From: Octopus sinensis
Lineage: Eukaryota
Direction: 5' to 3'
Assembly (NCBI RefSeq): GCF_006345805.1
Contig: NC_043017.1
Location: 25,978,001-26,042,000 of the forward strand
Length of the DNA: 64,000 nucleotides
Shown here: positions 51,010 to 64,000 of the stretch, piece after piece
How positions within the stretch are numbered: the stretch's first letter is position 1
How the letters are laid out: each line of letters opens with the position of its first letter
Program-made: the position numbers and the translations under genes
The notes under the pieces: generated by a model
The model's database searches: none
Seen by the model: only the letters and a program-made list of their open reading frames with translations
Told to the model about the DNA's origin: nothing

Positions 51010-53097
51010 CTGTGTGTTTGTGTGTGTTTGTGTGTGTTTGTGTGTGTTTGTGTGTGTTTGTGTGTGTTTGTGTGTGTGTTTGTTGTGTTTTTGTGGTGGT
51101 GTTTTTGTTGTTTTGTGTGTGTTTGTGTGTGTTTGTGTGTGTTTGTGTGTGTTTGTGTGTGTTTGTGTGTGTTTGTGTGTGTTTGTGTGTGTTTGTGTGT
51201 GTTTGTGTGTGTTTGTGTGTGTTTGTGTGTGTTTGTGTGTGTTTGTGTGTGTTTGTGTGTGTTTGTGTGTGTTTGTGTGTGTTTGTGTGTGTTTTTGTGT
51301 GTTTGTGTGTGTTTGTGTGTGTTTTTGTGTGTTTGTGTGTGTTTGTGTGTGTTTGTGTGTGTTTTGTGTGTGTTTTGTGTGTTTGTGTGTGTTTGTGTGT
51401 GTTTGTGTGTGTTTGTGTGTGTTTGTGTGTGTTTGTGTGCGTTTGTGTGCGTTTGTGTGCGTTTGTGTGCGTTTGTGTGCGTTTGTGTGCGTTTGTGTGC
51501 GTTTGTGTGCGTTTGTGTGTGTTTGTGTGTGTTTGTGTGTGTTTGTGTGTGTTTGTGTGTGTTTGTGTGTGTTTGTGTGTGTTTGTGTGTGTTTGTGTGT
51601 GTTTGTGTGTGTTTGTGTGCGTTTGTGTGCGTTTGTGTGCGTTTGTGTGCGTTTGTGTGCGTTTGTGTGCGTTTGTGTGCGTTTGTGTGTGTTTGTGGTG
51701 GTGTTGTGTGTGGTTTGTGTGTGTTTGTGTGTGTTTGTGTGTGTTGTGTGTGTTTGTGTGTGTTGTGTGTGTTTGTGTGTGTTTGTGTTGTTTGTGTGTG
51801 TTTGGTGTGTTTTGTGTGTTGTGTGTGTGTTTTGTTGTGGTTTGTGTGTGTTTGTGTGTGTTGTGTGTGTTTTGTGTGTGTTTTGTGTGTGGTTTGTGTG
51901 TGTTTGTGTGCGTTTGTGTGCGTTTGTGTGCTTTGTGTGCGTTTGTGTGCGTTTGTGTGCGTTTGTGTGCGTTGTTGTGCGTTTTGTGTGCGTTTGTGTG
52001 TGTTTGTGGTGTGTTTGTGTGTGTTTGTGTGTGTTTGGTGTGTTGTTTGTGTGTGTTTGTGTGTGTTTGGTGTGTTTGGTGTGTGTTTGTTGTGTTTGTG
52101 TGTGTTTGTGGTGTTTGTGTGTGTTTGTGTGCGTTTGTGTGCGTTTGTGTGCTTTGTGTGCGTTTGTGTGTGTTTGTGTGTGTTTTTGTGTGTTTTTGTG
52201 TGTTTTTGTGTGTTTTTGTGTGTGTTTTGTGTGTGTTTTTGTGTGTTTTTGTGTGTTTGTGTGTGTTTTTGTGTGTTTTTGTGTGTTTGTGTGTGTTTGT
52301 GTGTGTTTTTGTGTGTTTTTGTGTGTTTTTGTGTGTGTTTTGTGTGTGTTGGTTTTTGTGTGTTGTTTGTGTGTGTTTGTGTTGTGTTTGTGTGTGTTTG
52401 TGTGTGTTTGTGTGCTCATTTGTGTGCGTTTGTGTGCGTTTGTGTGCTTTGTGTTCGTTTGTGTGCGTTTGTGTGCGTTTGTGTGTGTTTGTGTGTGTTG
52501 TGTGTGTTGTGTGTGTTGTGGTGTGTTTGTGTGTGTTTGTGTGTGTTTGTGTGCGTTTGTGTGGCGTTGTGTGCGTTTGTTTGCGTTTGTGTGTCGTTTG
52601 TGTGCGTTGTGTGCGTTGTGTGCGTTTGTGTTGCGTTTGTGTGTGTTTTGTGTGTGTTTTGTGTGTTTGTGTGTGTTTGTTGTGTTTGTGTGTGTTTTGT
52701 GTGTGTTTGTGTGTGTTTGTGTGTGTTTGGTGTGTGTTTTTGTGTGTGTTTGTGTGTGTTTGTGTGTGTTTGTGTGTTTTGTTGTGTTGTTTGTGTTGTT
52801 GTGGTGTGTGTGTGTGTGGTTTGTTTGTGTGTTTGTGTGGTGTTTGTGTGTGTTTGTGTGTGTGTTTGTGTGTGTTTGTGTGTGTGGTTTGTGTTGTGTG
52901 TGTTTGTGTTGTTGTGTGTGTTTGTGTGTGTTTGTGTGGTGGTGTGTTTTGTGTGTGTTTGTGTGTGTTTGTGGTGTGTTTTTTGGTGTGTTGTGTGGTT
53001 TGTTGTGTGTTTGTGTGTGTTTGTGTGTGTGTTTGGTGTGTTTTTGTGTTGTTTGTGTCGTGTTTGTGTGTGTTTGTGTGTGTTTGTGTGCGTTTGT
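51010..53097. repeat. GT-rich 10-mer tandem array (gtttgtgtgt / gtttgtgtgc)
   Basis: Regular 10-bp period from 51120 to 51690, increasingly indel-rich afterwards. Confidence 0.95.
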
Positions 53098-53384
53098 GTA
53101 CGTATATATTATATGTCCATTTGGATTATATTTGTTTATCATATACATCTTTCATGATACAAACACGAAATTATTACACAAATGTGAGTGAGAACACTGA
53201 GATATTTTTGGTATCTAACATATGTCAGATACTGCGAGCGCTGCTTCTGATTGGTCAATCCATGGTGATGACTTGAGGTCACGGTGACGGCACTACTTTT
53301 GTCATTCATAAGTTACAACTAAACGTGAAGGATTTAGTTATTGGGTTAATAAAATATGGTCGTTTATTCGTGTGTAATAAATAA

Positions 53385-53474
53385 AATACCAAACTCATTC
53401 CCTATGGATACCGTATTTATTACAAATCGTGGCTTGTAATAAATACGGTATCCATAGGGAATGAGTTTGGTATT
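53385..53474. repeat. Perfect 41-bp inverted repeat with 8-nt loop
   Basis: aataccaaactcattccctatggataccgtatttattacaa-atcgtggc-exact reverse complement. Confidence 0.93.
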
Positions 53475-53714
53475 CTCTCTATATTAACTGAAATTTGAAC
53501 ATTATCTGCTCTATTGTAGATAGTGCGCAACCATATAGAAATGGGAGCTTCAAATCAAAAATTGGGCAAGAGCTTTGTATGGAGTGAAAATTTGAAAAAC
53601 TTAACTGAAGGTAATAATTGCTTGAACAAAACGACTCGATCGTCAAGTCTTTGTATGCACACGTCTCAATATCGTTTATACTTTTACTAGACTCTTTCAA
53701 TTTTGTTCTGGTTC

Positions 53715-53845
53715 TGTCCTTGTTTGTCCTCTCTGTGTCCTTGTTTGTCCTCTCTGTGTCCTTGTTTGTCCTCTCTGTGTTTAGCCCCTTGTGGGTAGTA
53801 AAGAAATAGGTATTTCGTCTGCCGTTACGTTCTGAGTTCAAATTG
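53715..53845 (+). mobile_element. SINE family C tail with a 20-bp unit (tgtccttgtttgtcctctct) triplicated
   Basis: Matches the tail at 29595-29640 and 8820-8860. Confidence 0.75.
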
Positions 53846-54251
53846 TTTTTTTTTCCAAATGTTTAATTGATATATTTTATTGAGGTATGTCTCAATATGC
53901 GTGCACGCGTATCTATGTGTAGTTATATGAAATATATGCAACTATATGTATATGTATACATTAATATATAATTCAGTGAAGACGTGTGCGTGTGTGGTGT
54001 GATCATGTGTATATATATGCGTTTGTACAGGTATGCAAAATCGAAACACACACACACATATACACTAATTGCTTTTAAAGACATTAATTAAATGTTGTAC
54101 TTCAAAGCATTACTTTGGACAGTTGCTCAGACGCTAAGACACTCATTATTTTTAAAAACATTAATTAAAAGAATTACTTAAAATTTATTACTTCAGAATA
54201 TTGCTGAGACAGAAATGCAGTTTTATAACTTTGCTCGTATGTACTCTTTTT

Positions 54252-54665
54252 CTCTTTTACTCTTTTACTTGTTTCAGTCATTTGACTGCGGCCATGCTGG
54301 AGCACCGCCTTTAGTCGAGCAAATCGACCCCGGGACTATTCTTTGTAAGCCCAGTACTTTTCTATCGGGCTCTTTTGCCGAACGCTAAGTGACGGGCACG
54401 TAAAACACACACCAGCATCGGTTCTCAAGCAATGCTAGGGGGACAAACACAGACACACCAAACACACACACAACATACATATATATATATATACATATAT
54501 ACGACAGGCTTCTTTCAGTTTCCGTCTACCAAATCCACTCACAAGGCATTGGTCGGCCCGGGGCTATAGCAGAAAACACTTGCCCAAGATGCCACGCAGT
54601 GGGATTGAACCCAAAACCATGTGGTTGGTTAGCAAGCTACTTACCACACAGCCACTCATGCGCCT
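54252..54665 (-). mobile_element. Full-length SINE family B
   Basis: Nearly identical to 49066-49473. Confidence 0.92.
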
Positions 54666-55021
54666 ATGTAGACGTTTATAATAACATTAACCACGAGAAG
54701 CAGACATGTAATCAAAACCATCAGTTAGGTGCAGCCATTTTTGCAAGTGTCATTCACACAGGATTTTGAACAACTGTATATCAGGATAAGTATTTTCTTC
54801 AAACTTTCATTTCATACTTCAAAACCTATTCAGATAGAGGATATTTCAGAAGCAAACTAGAACAGTATTCCCATCCAGCTGATAACAGGTAACTTGTAGT
54901 TCTGAACAGTGAATAACGGAGAGTTTCAATTATGTTATATTAACAAAACGCTATAGGGATGTACAGCTCTGTAAATTATCTCTACCAGTTAATCAACAGA
55001 GATTTATATATATATACACAC

Positions 55022-55053
<32 letters not shown>

Positions 55054-55223
55054 GAAAATAGTAATGCAATACGGGAGTATTAATTTCCAGTAAAGAATAG
55101 CCCGTGAGGGTAAAATTATACGTAAAAGTAAATATAGCAGTGAAGCTATACATTAGCGTCGTATTTATTACGTTCGCTATTTCCAGTAAATATCGGTACT
55201 TCGTTGTACCATTTATTTACTTA

Positions 55224-55283
<60 letters not shown>

Positions 55284-55340
55284 ATAGATAGCTAGACAGT
55301 TAGATAGATATGTATATATGTGGATCTCTGTGTGTATATA

Positions 55341-55543
55341 TAGGAGTAGTTGCGTCTGTGTAGTAAGTAGCTTGCTAACCAACCACCTGGTTCTGTGGTT
55401 CATCCCATTGCGTGACATCTTGGGCAAGTGTCTTCTGCTATAGCCCCGGCCGACCAATGCCCTGTGAGTGGATTTGGTAGATGGAAACTGAAAGAAGCCC
55501 GTCATATATATGTAATATATATATATATATATTATATATATAT

Positions 55544-55575
<32 letters not shown>

Positions 55576-55805
55576 ATATATATATATAATATGTATGTAT
55601 GTGTTTGTGTGTCTGTGTTTGTCCCCCTAGCATTGCTTGACAACCGATGCTGGTGTGTTTACGTCCCCGTCACTTAGCGGTTCGGCAAAAAGAGACCGAT
55701 AGAATAAGTACTAAGCTTACAAAAAATAAGTCTCGGGGTCGATTTGCTTGACTAAAGGCGGTGCTCCAGCATGGCCGCAGTCAAATGACTGAAACAAGTA
55801 AAAGA
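55341..55805 (+). mobile_element. SINE family B with degraded head and expanded internal TA tract
   Basis: Body and tail match 48354-48775. Confidence 0.88.
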
Positions 55806-56945
55806 AATATATAAATATATATATATATATATATAATATATATATACACTGCGGTGCAAATGGCTTTTTTATACGGTGACATGTAAATAAAAATAATAAT
55901 ATTTTTACATAAGCTTAAGGCTTGTGGCGACCAGCGTGAAATGAGTAAGGAGAATAGTCTAATAAAGGGACATACAAGTCCTCGACAGAAGAAAAGGCTT
56001 TTCTACAATTCACTCACAATCATTTCTACGGCTCGTAGCTTCAGTACGAGACGCTTGCCGAAGATGCCATGAAGTGAGATTGGACCTGCTGCTATGTGTG
56101 TGTATGTGTGTGTGTGTTTATGCGTGTATGTGTGCGTGTGTATGCGTTTGTGTGTTTGTGTGTATGTGTGTGTGTGTGTGTATGTGTGTGTGTATGTGTG
56201 TGTATGTGTGTGTGTGGGTGTCTGTGTCTGTGTGTGTGTGTGTCTGTGTGTGTCAGTGTCAGATATGAAACCGAAGAACACAGTAAATGCTTCAATATAA
56301 TCGAAGCAATCTCCAACAAATTGCTTTTTTTAAAAACATTATTAGTTTTTGATATTTCGTTTGTTTCGCTTTGATTTATATTGTTTTTTTTCTTCGGCAT
56401 TTGCAGCGTTATAACATGAAAATTACATGTATTCATTTTATGAAAATGAGAACACATTTCAATAAAAATAAATACTGAACATAAATATGAAATATATATA
56501 AAAACATAATCTCTACGCTATGAAATTGCAAATCGTTGGAATTGTTAAAGTACATAAATAGTTGAAGGGGGAATTTTGTAAAGTGAATATCAAAGTTATA
56601 ATTGTTTATGAATATACATTTGTTCAGACACGCACAGACGTTCGATATTCCTACAAAGATACATACTTACACACATATGTATATTATGGAAATATCATAT
56701 CATATGTATATGTGTGTGTGCTTGTGCATGTATGTATGTGTGTGATTGTCTGTGTGTTTGAGGGCGTTTGTGTGTATACAAGTAACGAAACATGTACGTG
56801 AAAATTACATAGGTTTACGTGTATGTGTTTGTGGCTGTGTTGGTTTCGTGTATCGTACCAGTGGCCGGCATCATGTGTGATATTGCGCATATTCTTTTGC
56901 ACACGTAGAAATAGTTATTGTAGTTCCCGTATTGAGTTTCAAAAC

Positions 56946-56991
<46 letters not shown>

Positions 56992-57035
56992 ATATATATT
57001 ATAAAATATATATTTCTCTCTCTCCCTCTCTCTCC

Positions 57036-57072
<37 letters not shown>

Positions 57073-58009
57073 AATATATATATATACAGCGTGAGAGAGA
57101 GATCGATATATAGATATAGATATGAGTATATTTATATATATATATATTTATATATATATATATGTATATATATATACACTATACAATACATATATTCATA
57201 TATACAGACACACATATATGTTTATATATATATACACATACACACACGTATATATATATGCATATGTGTGTGTGTGTGTGTGTGTGTGGGCGTGCGCGTA
57301 TGTATATCCACCTGCGCCCACTACGTATGCATACATATCTGTCTCTTTAGAAAGTGATATACGTACATAAACATCTCATATATATATATATATATATATA
57401 TACATACTACACGTACATAAATGCATACACGTATATAAGTACGTATATATAAAGTTTTGTGCGTGCATGAGTTTTAATGTGTAACCATATAAATGAAAAG
57501 TCAGATAATGAAGGAATACAGACGCCAAAAGCAGATTTAATAAAATGAAAATACATAAGTGAAACAAAAGTATATATGTAACACAAAACATGAAATATTA
57601 GCTGTTTATTGACACCATAATATTTACGTTTGTTTTTTGCAATATAACGATATAAGTATGTAAATGGCTTAAAGCATTTTACATCGTCAAAATTATAACA
57701 GAACAGGCAATATAATATTACGATTGCTGACTAAATTGTCTGACACGCACCTCGTCCATTCTTGTTTGTTATATTATTATGTGAGCTTACGTCAAACTGT
57801 TGCGCTCATGAATGCCATAAAGGGGCAGCCATTTTTGTTTTTATTTCAGTGTATTGAGCGAGTAGACCGCAAATCGTCCTTGGTGGCTATTCAGAGTGAA
57901 ACACGTGCCCACGAATGTCTTTATATCTCCAGACAGGAAATTTGCCCTTTTCCTTAATGGCATGTCAGTTTTGACGTATTATTGCATTTTTAATTCCCTC
58001 TCTTTTTTA

Positions 58010-58240
58010 CTTGCTTCAATCATTTACCTGTGCTCATGCTGGAGCAATGCCTAGAAGAACTCAATCGCTACGAGTGGTTTTTTTTGTAACCTTCGTATTT
58101 ACTCTATCCGACACTTTTGCCAATACCCTACATTACGAGGACGTAAACACACAAACACCAGTTTTCAGGCGCTGGCGGGAGACGAGCACAGACACAAAGA
58201 TACATTTCTCTGTCTGTCTGCCTCTCAACCATTTCTGTCG
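58010..58240 (-). mobile_element. Old degraded SINE family B-related 3' half
   Basis: catgctggagca...acgaggacgtaaacacacaaacaccag...gacgagcacagacac resembles the family B tail. Confidence 0.5.
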
Positions 58241-58286
58241 AAGAGCGTATATATACTAGTATGTATACACCCCCCCCACACAACAC

Positions 58287-58335
<49 letters not shown>

Positions 58336-59497
58336 AGAAATTATATTTTCCTTTTTTTAATTTCTTATATATATACAAACTCACCCGGGGTGATAGTCGA
58401 AATTCCTCTTTTCTCTTACTACTATTACTACTACTCTATATATATATGTGTGTGTATGTATATATATATATATAATTATGAAGGAGAGCCTATGAGGCAT
58501 GTGGGAGATCTTAAACCCTTAAATCCTTAAAAATGTTTTAGCCCGAAGGCCGCGGCCATGCTGGGGCACCACATTGACTGTTAGTCTACGGATTCCTTAC
58601 TCTTTCTTTCTCTCTCTCTCTCAATTGCCTGTAATTCAGACCTCTTCAAGTTCCCAGCAGACAAAAACGAGAATGGCGAAGAAGATGCCCTGGAACACCC
58701 ACACTGACGCAAGGTACTCGCACTTGCGGATAGTAATGTCCGCCCCGATAGCAGTGATCACGGATATGCTCCAGTGGTCTTAGAACACCGTAGTTTCGAT
58801 TATAAACTGTCAGATTTATGTACTGCCATGTAATCGCACACTTTGAGATGTCGTACGAATGTTGCTAGTGCCCTGGTCGCAGTTTCAGGACAAAATGTTT
58901 GACAGCGTATTACAAACAATAAGTGAGGTTAACGGCCACCACGTATTTCTGATTCGCTAAATTGTGCCTACCATGCTGCAAACGTGACAAGTAATTATTA
59001 TTATGGAAATTAAACAAATTGATAGATATATCTGCCTCTTCAAAGGAGAGCGTTTATAAGGGAATGATAACTGGATTCAAGGAAGCAGAAAATTAAACGA
59101 AATTACCCAAAAGAAAAGAAAAATTGATTCACCGAAAAAAAAATAATAATAATAAAACCCATCAAATCATACGAAAAGCAATTTAGTATTTACGTTCATT
59201 GGGAACCTTCTTATGAGAAAATATGAAATTGAGTTATAAATGTATGTAATTGTTAAATTACATGTCGTCATGTCTCTTCAAAGAGTCAGTTTCTCTTCAA
59301 AGAGTCAGTTAATTAACATCCACGAAATTCTCTTCTCCATATTCATAGAAAATAATTTGTATCTCACGGAATTAAAAACAAATGGTGCATTGATGAAGCA
59401 TATACAAATGCAGTCACATTCTGCTATATGGTACTCTATTGTACTATATTCTATTATATTATTTTGTATTATATTTGACTATATCATATCGTATTAC

Positions 59498-59822
59498 AAG
59501 GCGGCGTGCTGGTTGATTCGTCAGCATGGGGGCGATATGCTTATCAATATGTCGCCCGTCGCTATGTTCAGAGTTCAAATTCAGCAGATGTCAACTTTGC
59601 CTTTCATCCCTTTCGGGATCGATAAATTAATTGCCACTTGATGACTAAGGAGGATGTGATCGACTGTTCCCCACCTCCTCATTATCCAGGCCATGTTCCT
59701 ATAATAGAAAGAATTATATCATATTGTATTATGTCATATTATTATCATTATCATATCATCCACTGGGGTGGATGTAATAGGCCTACACCCCTCACCCAAA
59801 TTTCAGACCTTGTACTGAAATC
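59498..59822 (+). mobile_element. Degraded SINE family C copy or copies
   Basis: aaggcggcgtgctgg head; gttcagagttcaaattc..actttgcctttcatccctttcgggatcgataaa core. Confidence 0.65.
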
Positions 59823-59824
59823 GA

Positions 59825-59928
59825 TTATTATTATATTATTATTATAATTATAATTATTATAATAATAATAATAATTATTATTATTATTATTATTATTAAT
59901 ATTCTACCTCTTTTTCTTCTTCTTCTTC

Positions 59929-59966
<38 letters not shown>

Positions 59967-60088
59967 GTCGTCGTCGTCGTCGTCATCATCATCATCATCA
60001 TCATCATAATCATCATCATCATCATCATCATCATAATCATCATAATCATCATCATCATCATTATTATTATTATTATTATTATTTATTA

Positions 60089-60119
<31 letters not shown>

Positions 60120-60341
60120 TTTTATTACTATTATTATTATTATTACCTTTTGTTTCAGTTTCTTGCCGATTGTCTTCCTGACACCTAGGGCAGAGAAAAT
60201 AAACACACCAGATTATTCATTTACAAAGTCATGTGATAGAGAGAAGTGCGAAAGCAGTAAGAAAAGTAATAAAAAATAAAAAATAACAAAGTAAACAAAG
60301 AAAATATATCATCATTGATATTATTATTATTATTATTATTG

Positions 60342-60399
<58 letters not shown>

Positions 60400-60412
60400 C
60401 ATCATTATTATT
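59825..60412. repeat. Compound (ATT)n-(TTC)n-(TCA)n-(TCG)n microsatellites
   Basis: Directly visible. Confidence 0.93.
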
Positions 60413-61271
60413 TCCTTTATTGTATCGTTTGATATCGGTTACGTAACAAATACCTGCCGAGTGACACTCACTCTCCTAGAGGTGGTTGATATTATTGTTC
60501 AACATAGCTTCCTATCCTGTCGCATCAGTCAGTCAACTCCAAAGCTTTTGTGACTGTTGATTACAAGAAGAACAAACGTAGAATACGAATGGTATTGTTT
60601 TGCTGCATTTTTGACATATCCTATATGTGAATTTATCCCAGGAGTCACTGAAGTCAAGTTTGCGTCACATCTTTACCACGTTAGTAAAATAAGCAGCAAA
60701 TTCTTGCTTAATTGTATTTATACTCACTTCTATATCTATCTAGTTCATAAACATTCGAATAATATTAGTAACTGTCCGCCCATACTTTACTAAATTATAC
60801 TTTTCTAACTCAACCAATTCGTTTCTTTCTTCGAAATCTTGTTTGCTTGAATTTTTTCTTCATTTCCTCGAAGTTTGATTCCACGTGACTGCAATGATCT
60901 CAGCCCCGGTTGTCAGCATCTTACGTATGTGCTATGTAGGCAACAATTCCTTAAGCACTACTAGTTGTTTTCCAAGAGTACTTTTAGGTAAAAATGTTTC
61001 TATTATAATACTGATATGTAGGTCGTCAACAAGTTATAGCATATTCAATGCAATTACTAGAAATTGTTTTTATCATTTTTCTTTTTTTTTACATTATAAT
61101 ACAAATTATTGTAGATTCGTAAAAATGCGATAAAATTGCCATCACATGCGAAATGGAAATCTGAAATATATACCATTTCAAGTAGATTTGACATTAACGA
61201 CAAATCTATAGCTGTATGAGTAGTCATACATACTTAACAGAACACACACAACAACGCACACACACACAAAA

Positions 61272-61307
<36 letters not shown>

Positions 61308-61705
61308 TATATATATATATATACATGCATACATGTATAAATAGAAACACTGAACTGCATATATACATACATATATAATATATATATATATTATATATAT
61401 ATATATATATATAGATATATATATATATATATATATATATTTGCCTAATATTTATATATTCCTCTAATCTATCATATATATATGTATAATTATCTTTGTA
61501 TGTATATATACATATATAGATATCACAATGTATACATATATATAAATATTTTATATTATATATATGTATAAATATATAATATATCGATATGATCTCTCTC
61601 TCTATATATATGTCTGAGTATACCTGATTCTGTGTGTAGGTGTCCTTGCGTGTTCAAGTGTATAACATGTGCATATATATATATATATAATATATATATA
61701 TTATA

Positions 61706-61736
<31 letters not shown>

Positions 61737-62472
61737 ATATAATATATATATTTATATATATATATATATGTGTATAAATATATATAATATGAAGACTCAC
61801 AATCGCATATATTCATATGGGGAGAGAAAGTGGAGACTGATAGTAATTGAAACAGTGAGACGGAAGATGGCTATGAATTTTCAATAGGAAATATATTCTA
61901 TGAACGAGATAAGAGTATAATGAATAATTATAGTCAAATTGCTTTCAATAGCAAAGATATTGGATTTGTAGTATCAGCTCAGTGTCGGATATACCTTTAT
62001 GAAATATCACAAATCCAATTTCAAGTCTCTGATCACTCTAATGCAATACAATACAGTATAGACAAACGTATTAAGTATATGTTAATATATCATATATATG
62101 TATGCATTATATATATAAATGTAAATATAAATATATATAGATAGATAGATATAGATATATATATATGTATGTATTTATATATAAATATATATATGTATAT
62201 ATATATGTATACGTATATATATGTTTATATATATATATGTATATATATATATACATGTATATATATATATATGTACATATATATATGTACATATATACAT
62301 ACATATATTTATGTACCTCCAACCTCCAACCGTGCTGTTTACTGCTGTGATTTTTGCTACTAAGGTATCGGTTACACTTTGATTAATCTACAACAAGATT
62401 ATTCATCTTTCTATTTCACATAAATACATTACCGCTTCGTCAAGAAACTGCTACTTTAACCGATACCCAATA

Positions 62473-64000
62473 ATGGAGTTGTTCGAGATTGATGCTCCCT
62501 TAAGGAATTCCTATAACCACCAAAAGGATGCCTTCCTTAAGGAGTTGGTTTGTAAAACCAACGCATTCATAAACCGGATAAGATGGCTCATTTTCTTCCA
62601 CGAGAACGAAGATCTAAAATCGAACCGGACAACGGCATCGTCCGAATACGGCCGGCTTTTAAAACATTGGATACGCCGCCACCGAACCCAAGACTGAGGA
62701 AGTTTGAGGACGACTGTGTGGGACATAGTTAGAAAGATTAAGTTCAGGAAGTCACCCAGGAGAAATGCCCACCTCAGATACCTAGATAAAATTACCAAGG
62801 ACATTAATAGATCGGACGGAGTCCTGGTCCAGTCCGACAAGACCAGGAACACATAAAGATGCCCATTAAGGAAGTACCTAGATTACTCGGTAAAGAGATC
62901 AAGAAAAATTATAGAAAAACCAATTGGAGTACCCTGAGGAAGGTAAACTTGGAAATTAAGGAAATAATATTTAAACACCGAATTCAAATGAGGACTCAGC
63001 CGCTTAGCCCCAAGCAACCCAGATTTATGTGAAGGACCATAAGCCTAACTTCCACACCAACCCAGCGCTAAGACTCATATGCCCTGCTAGATCTGATATC
63101 GGGATAATCAGTAAGTACATTTTAGATAAATATATCCCTAGTTTAGTAAACAAACTGAAGCTCAGCCTCTGGGCCAACTCCTCCCAGGTAGTGAAGTGGT
63201 TCTCTTCCATCCCCAATAAGAACCGTACTAGGTTCATTCAGTTTGATATCGCCAGCTTCTACCCCTCGATTAACCCTAGTGTGCTAAATAAGGCCCTCTG
63301 GCATGCTCACAACAAGGCTGGCCTCCCCAGAGAGAGATAGATATCATTTTAGTTGCCAGGAAATCGTTTTATTAAGTTTGATAATAAGTTGTGGATCCGT
63401 AAAAATACTCCCAATGAATTTGATGTGCCTATGGGTAGTAGGATAGTGCGCAGATAGCCGATTTAGTCGGTATATATATCTCTACGAATTCTGTTCCGAC
63501 CAATCCCGGAGATCGCGGGCGGCCTGTATCGTGACGATTGTCTGTTTTACCTGCAAAAACCACGAACAGAATAGTGCAGAAAACTAAGAGCAGGTTAGCT
63601 AGGTTTTTTAATAGAATGGGCATGAGTATAGTTTTTGATAATGAACTCCAAGGCTAATTTCCTAGACGTTACACTTAACCTTAATAGCGACTCATACTGC
63701 CCTTACCATAAGCCTTCCACTAATTTGAAGTATGTCAGTGTCTTCTCAAATCATGCCAAAACCGTAACAGACAATTTGGTTAAAAACATCTCTCTAAGAT
63801 TGTCTGGCTTGTCGCCAGTGCCGATATTTTTATGCAGAAAGCGGAATTTTTATAACGCCGCACTGTCCAAGGCCGGTTATAGGCAGAAGGTAATTTATAT
63901 TGATCCGGCCCTTCCGATGCCATCATTCGGTCATCAGGATAGGGCCGTATATAATAACATTAACATTTTAAGTAAGGACGGGAGCGCGGCGGATGCCGGG
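62473..64000 (+). mobile_element. Penelope-like element (PLE) reverse transcriptase, frameshifted; runs off the window
   Basis: KDHKPNFHTNPALRLICPARSDIG..FIQFDIASFYPSI..FDVPMGS..LYRDD..NFLDVTLNL..PYHKP..SNH are PLE RT motifs (YRDD catalytic). The clade (possibly Nematis-like) is inference. Confidence 0.88.

Noticed and set aside
49482-53276. 1264-aa ORF and overlapping 700+ aa ORFs
   Set aside because: CA/GT repeats cannot form stop codons; the translations are HT/CV low-complexity and open in several frames on both strands.
58638-58735. THAP-domain-like remnant (LFKFPADKN..W...C..TRTC)
   Set aside because: Needs a frameshift and lacks the N-terminal CxxxC and the HF motif.

Overview
AT-rich eukaryotic DNA that is almost all microsatellite and retroelement debris. 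The repeat families and the density of (TA)n/(TAA)n/(GATA)n/(CA)n tracts suggest an octopus (coleoid cephalopod) intergenic or intronic region; this is inferred from recognised repeat motifs, not from a search. No intact host protein-coding gene could be supported, and nearly all ORF-track entries are translated microsatellite. Recognisable elements: three SINE families (labelled A, B and C here, many copies), R4/Dong-type RLE LINE fragments inside (TAA)n tracts, RTE and CR1-like LINE fragments, a non-autonomous Helitron family, an internally deleted mariner, a MITE-like element, and a degenerate Penelope-like RT at the right edge. The standout is 30190-31295, a fold-back array of a ~465-bp monomer. 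The monomer carries a canonical type I hammerhead ribozyme core (two complete copies plus one partial copy with a compensatory base-pair change) and a tRNA-like A/B box upstream, which fits a retrozyme-like element. Coordinates were read by eye and may be off by a few bases. Some tracts look like unpolished long-read sequence.
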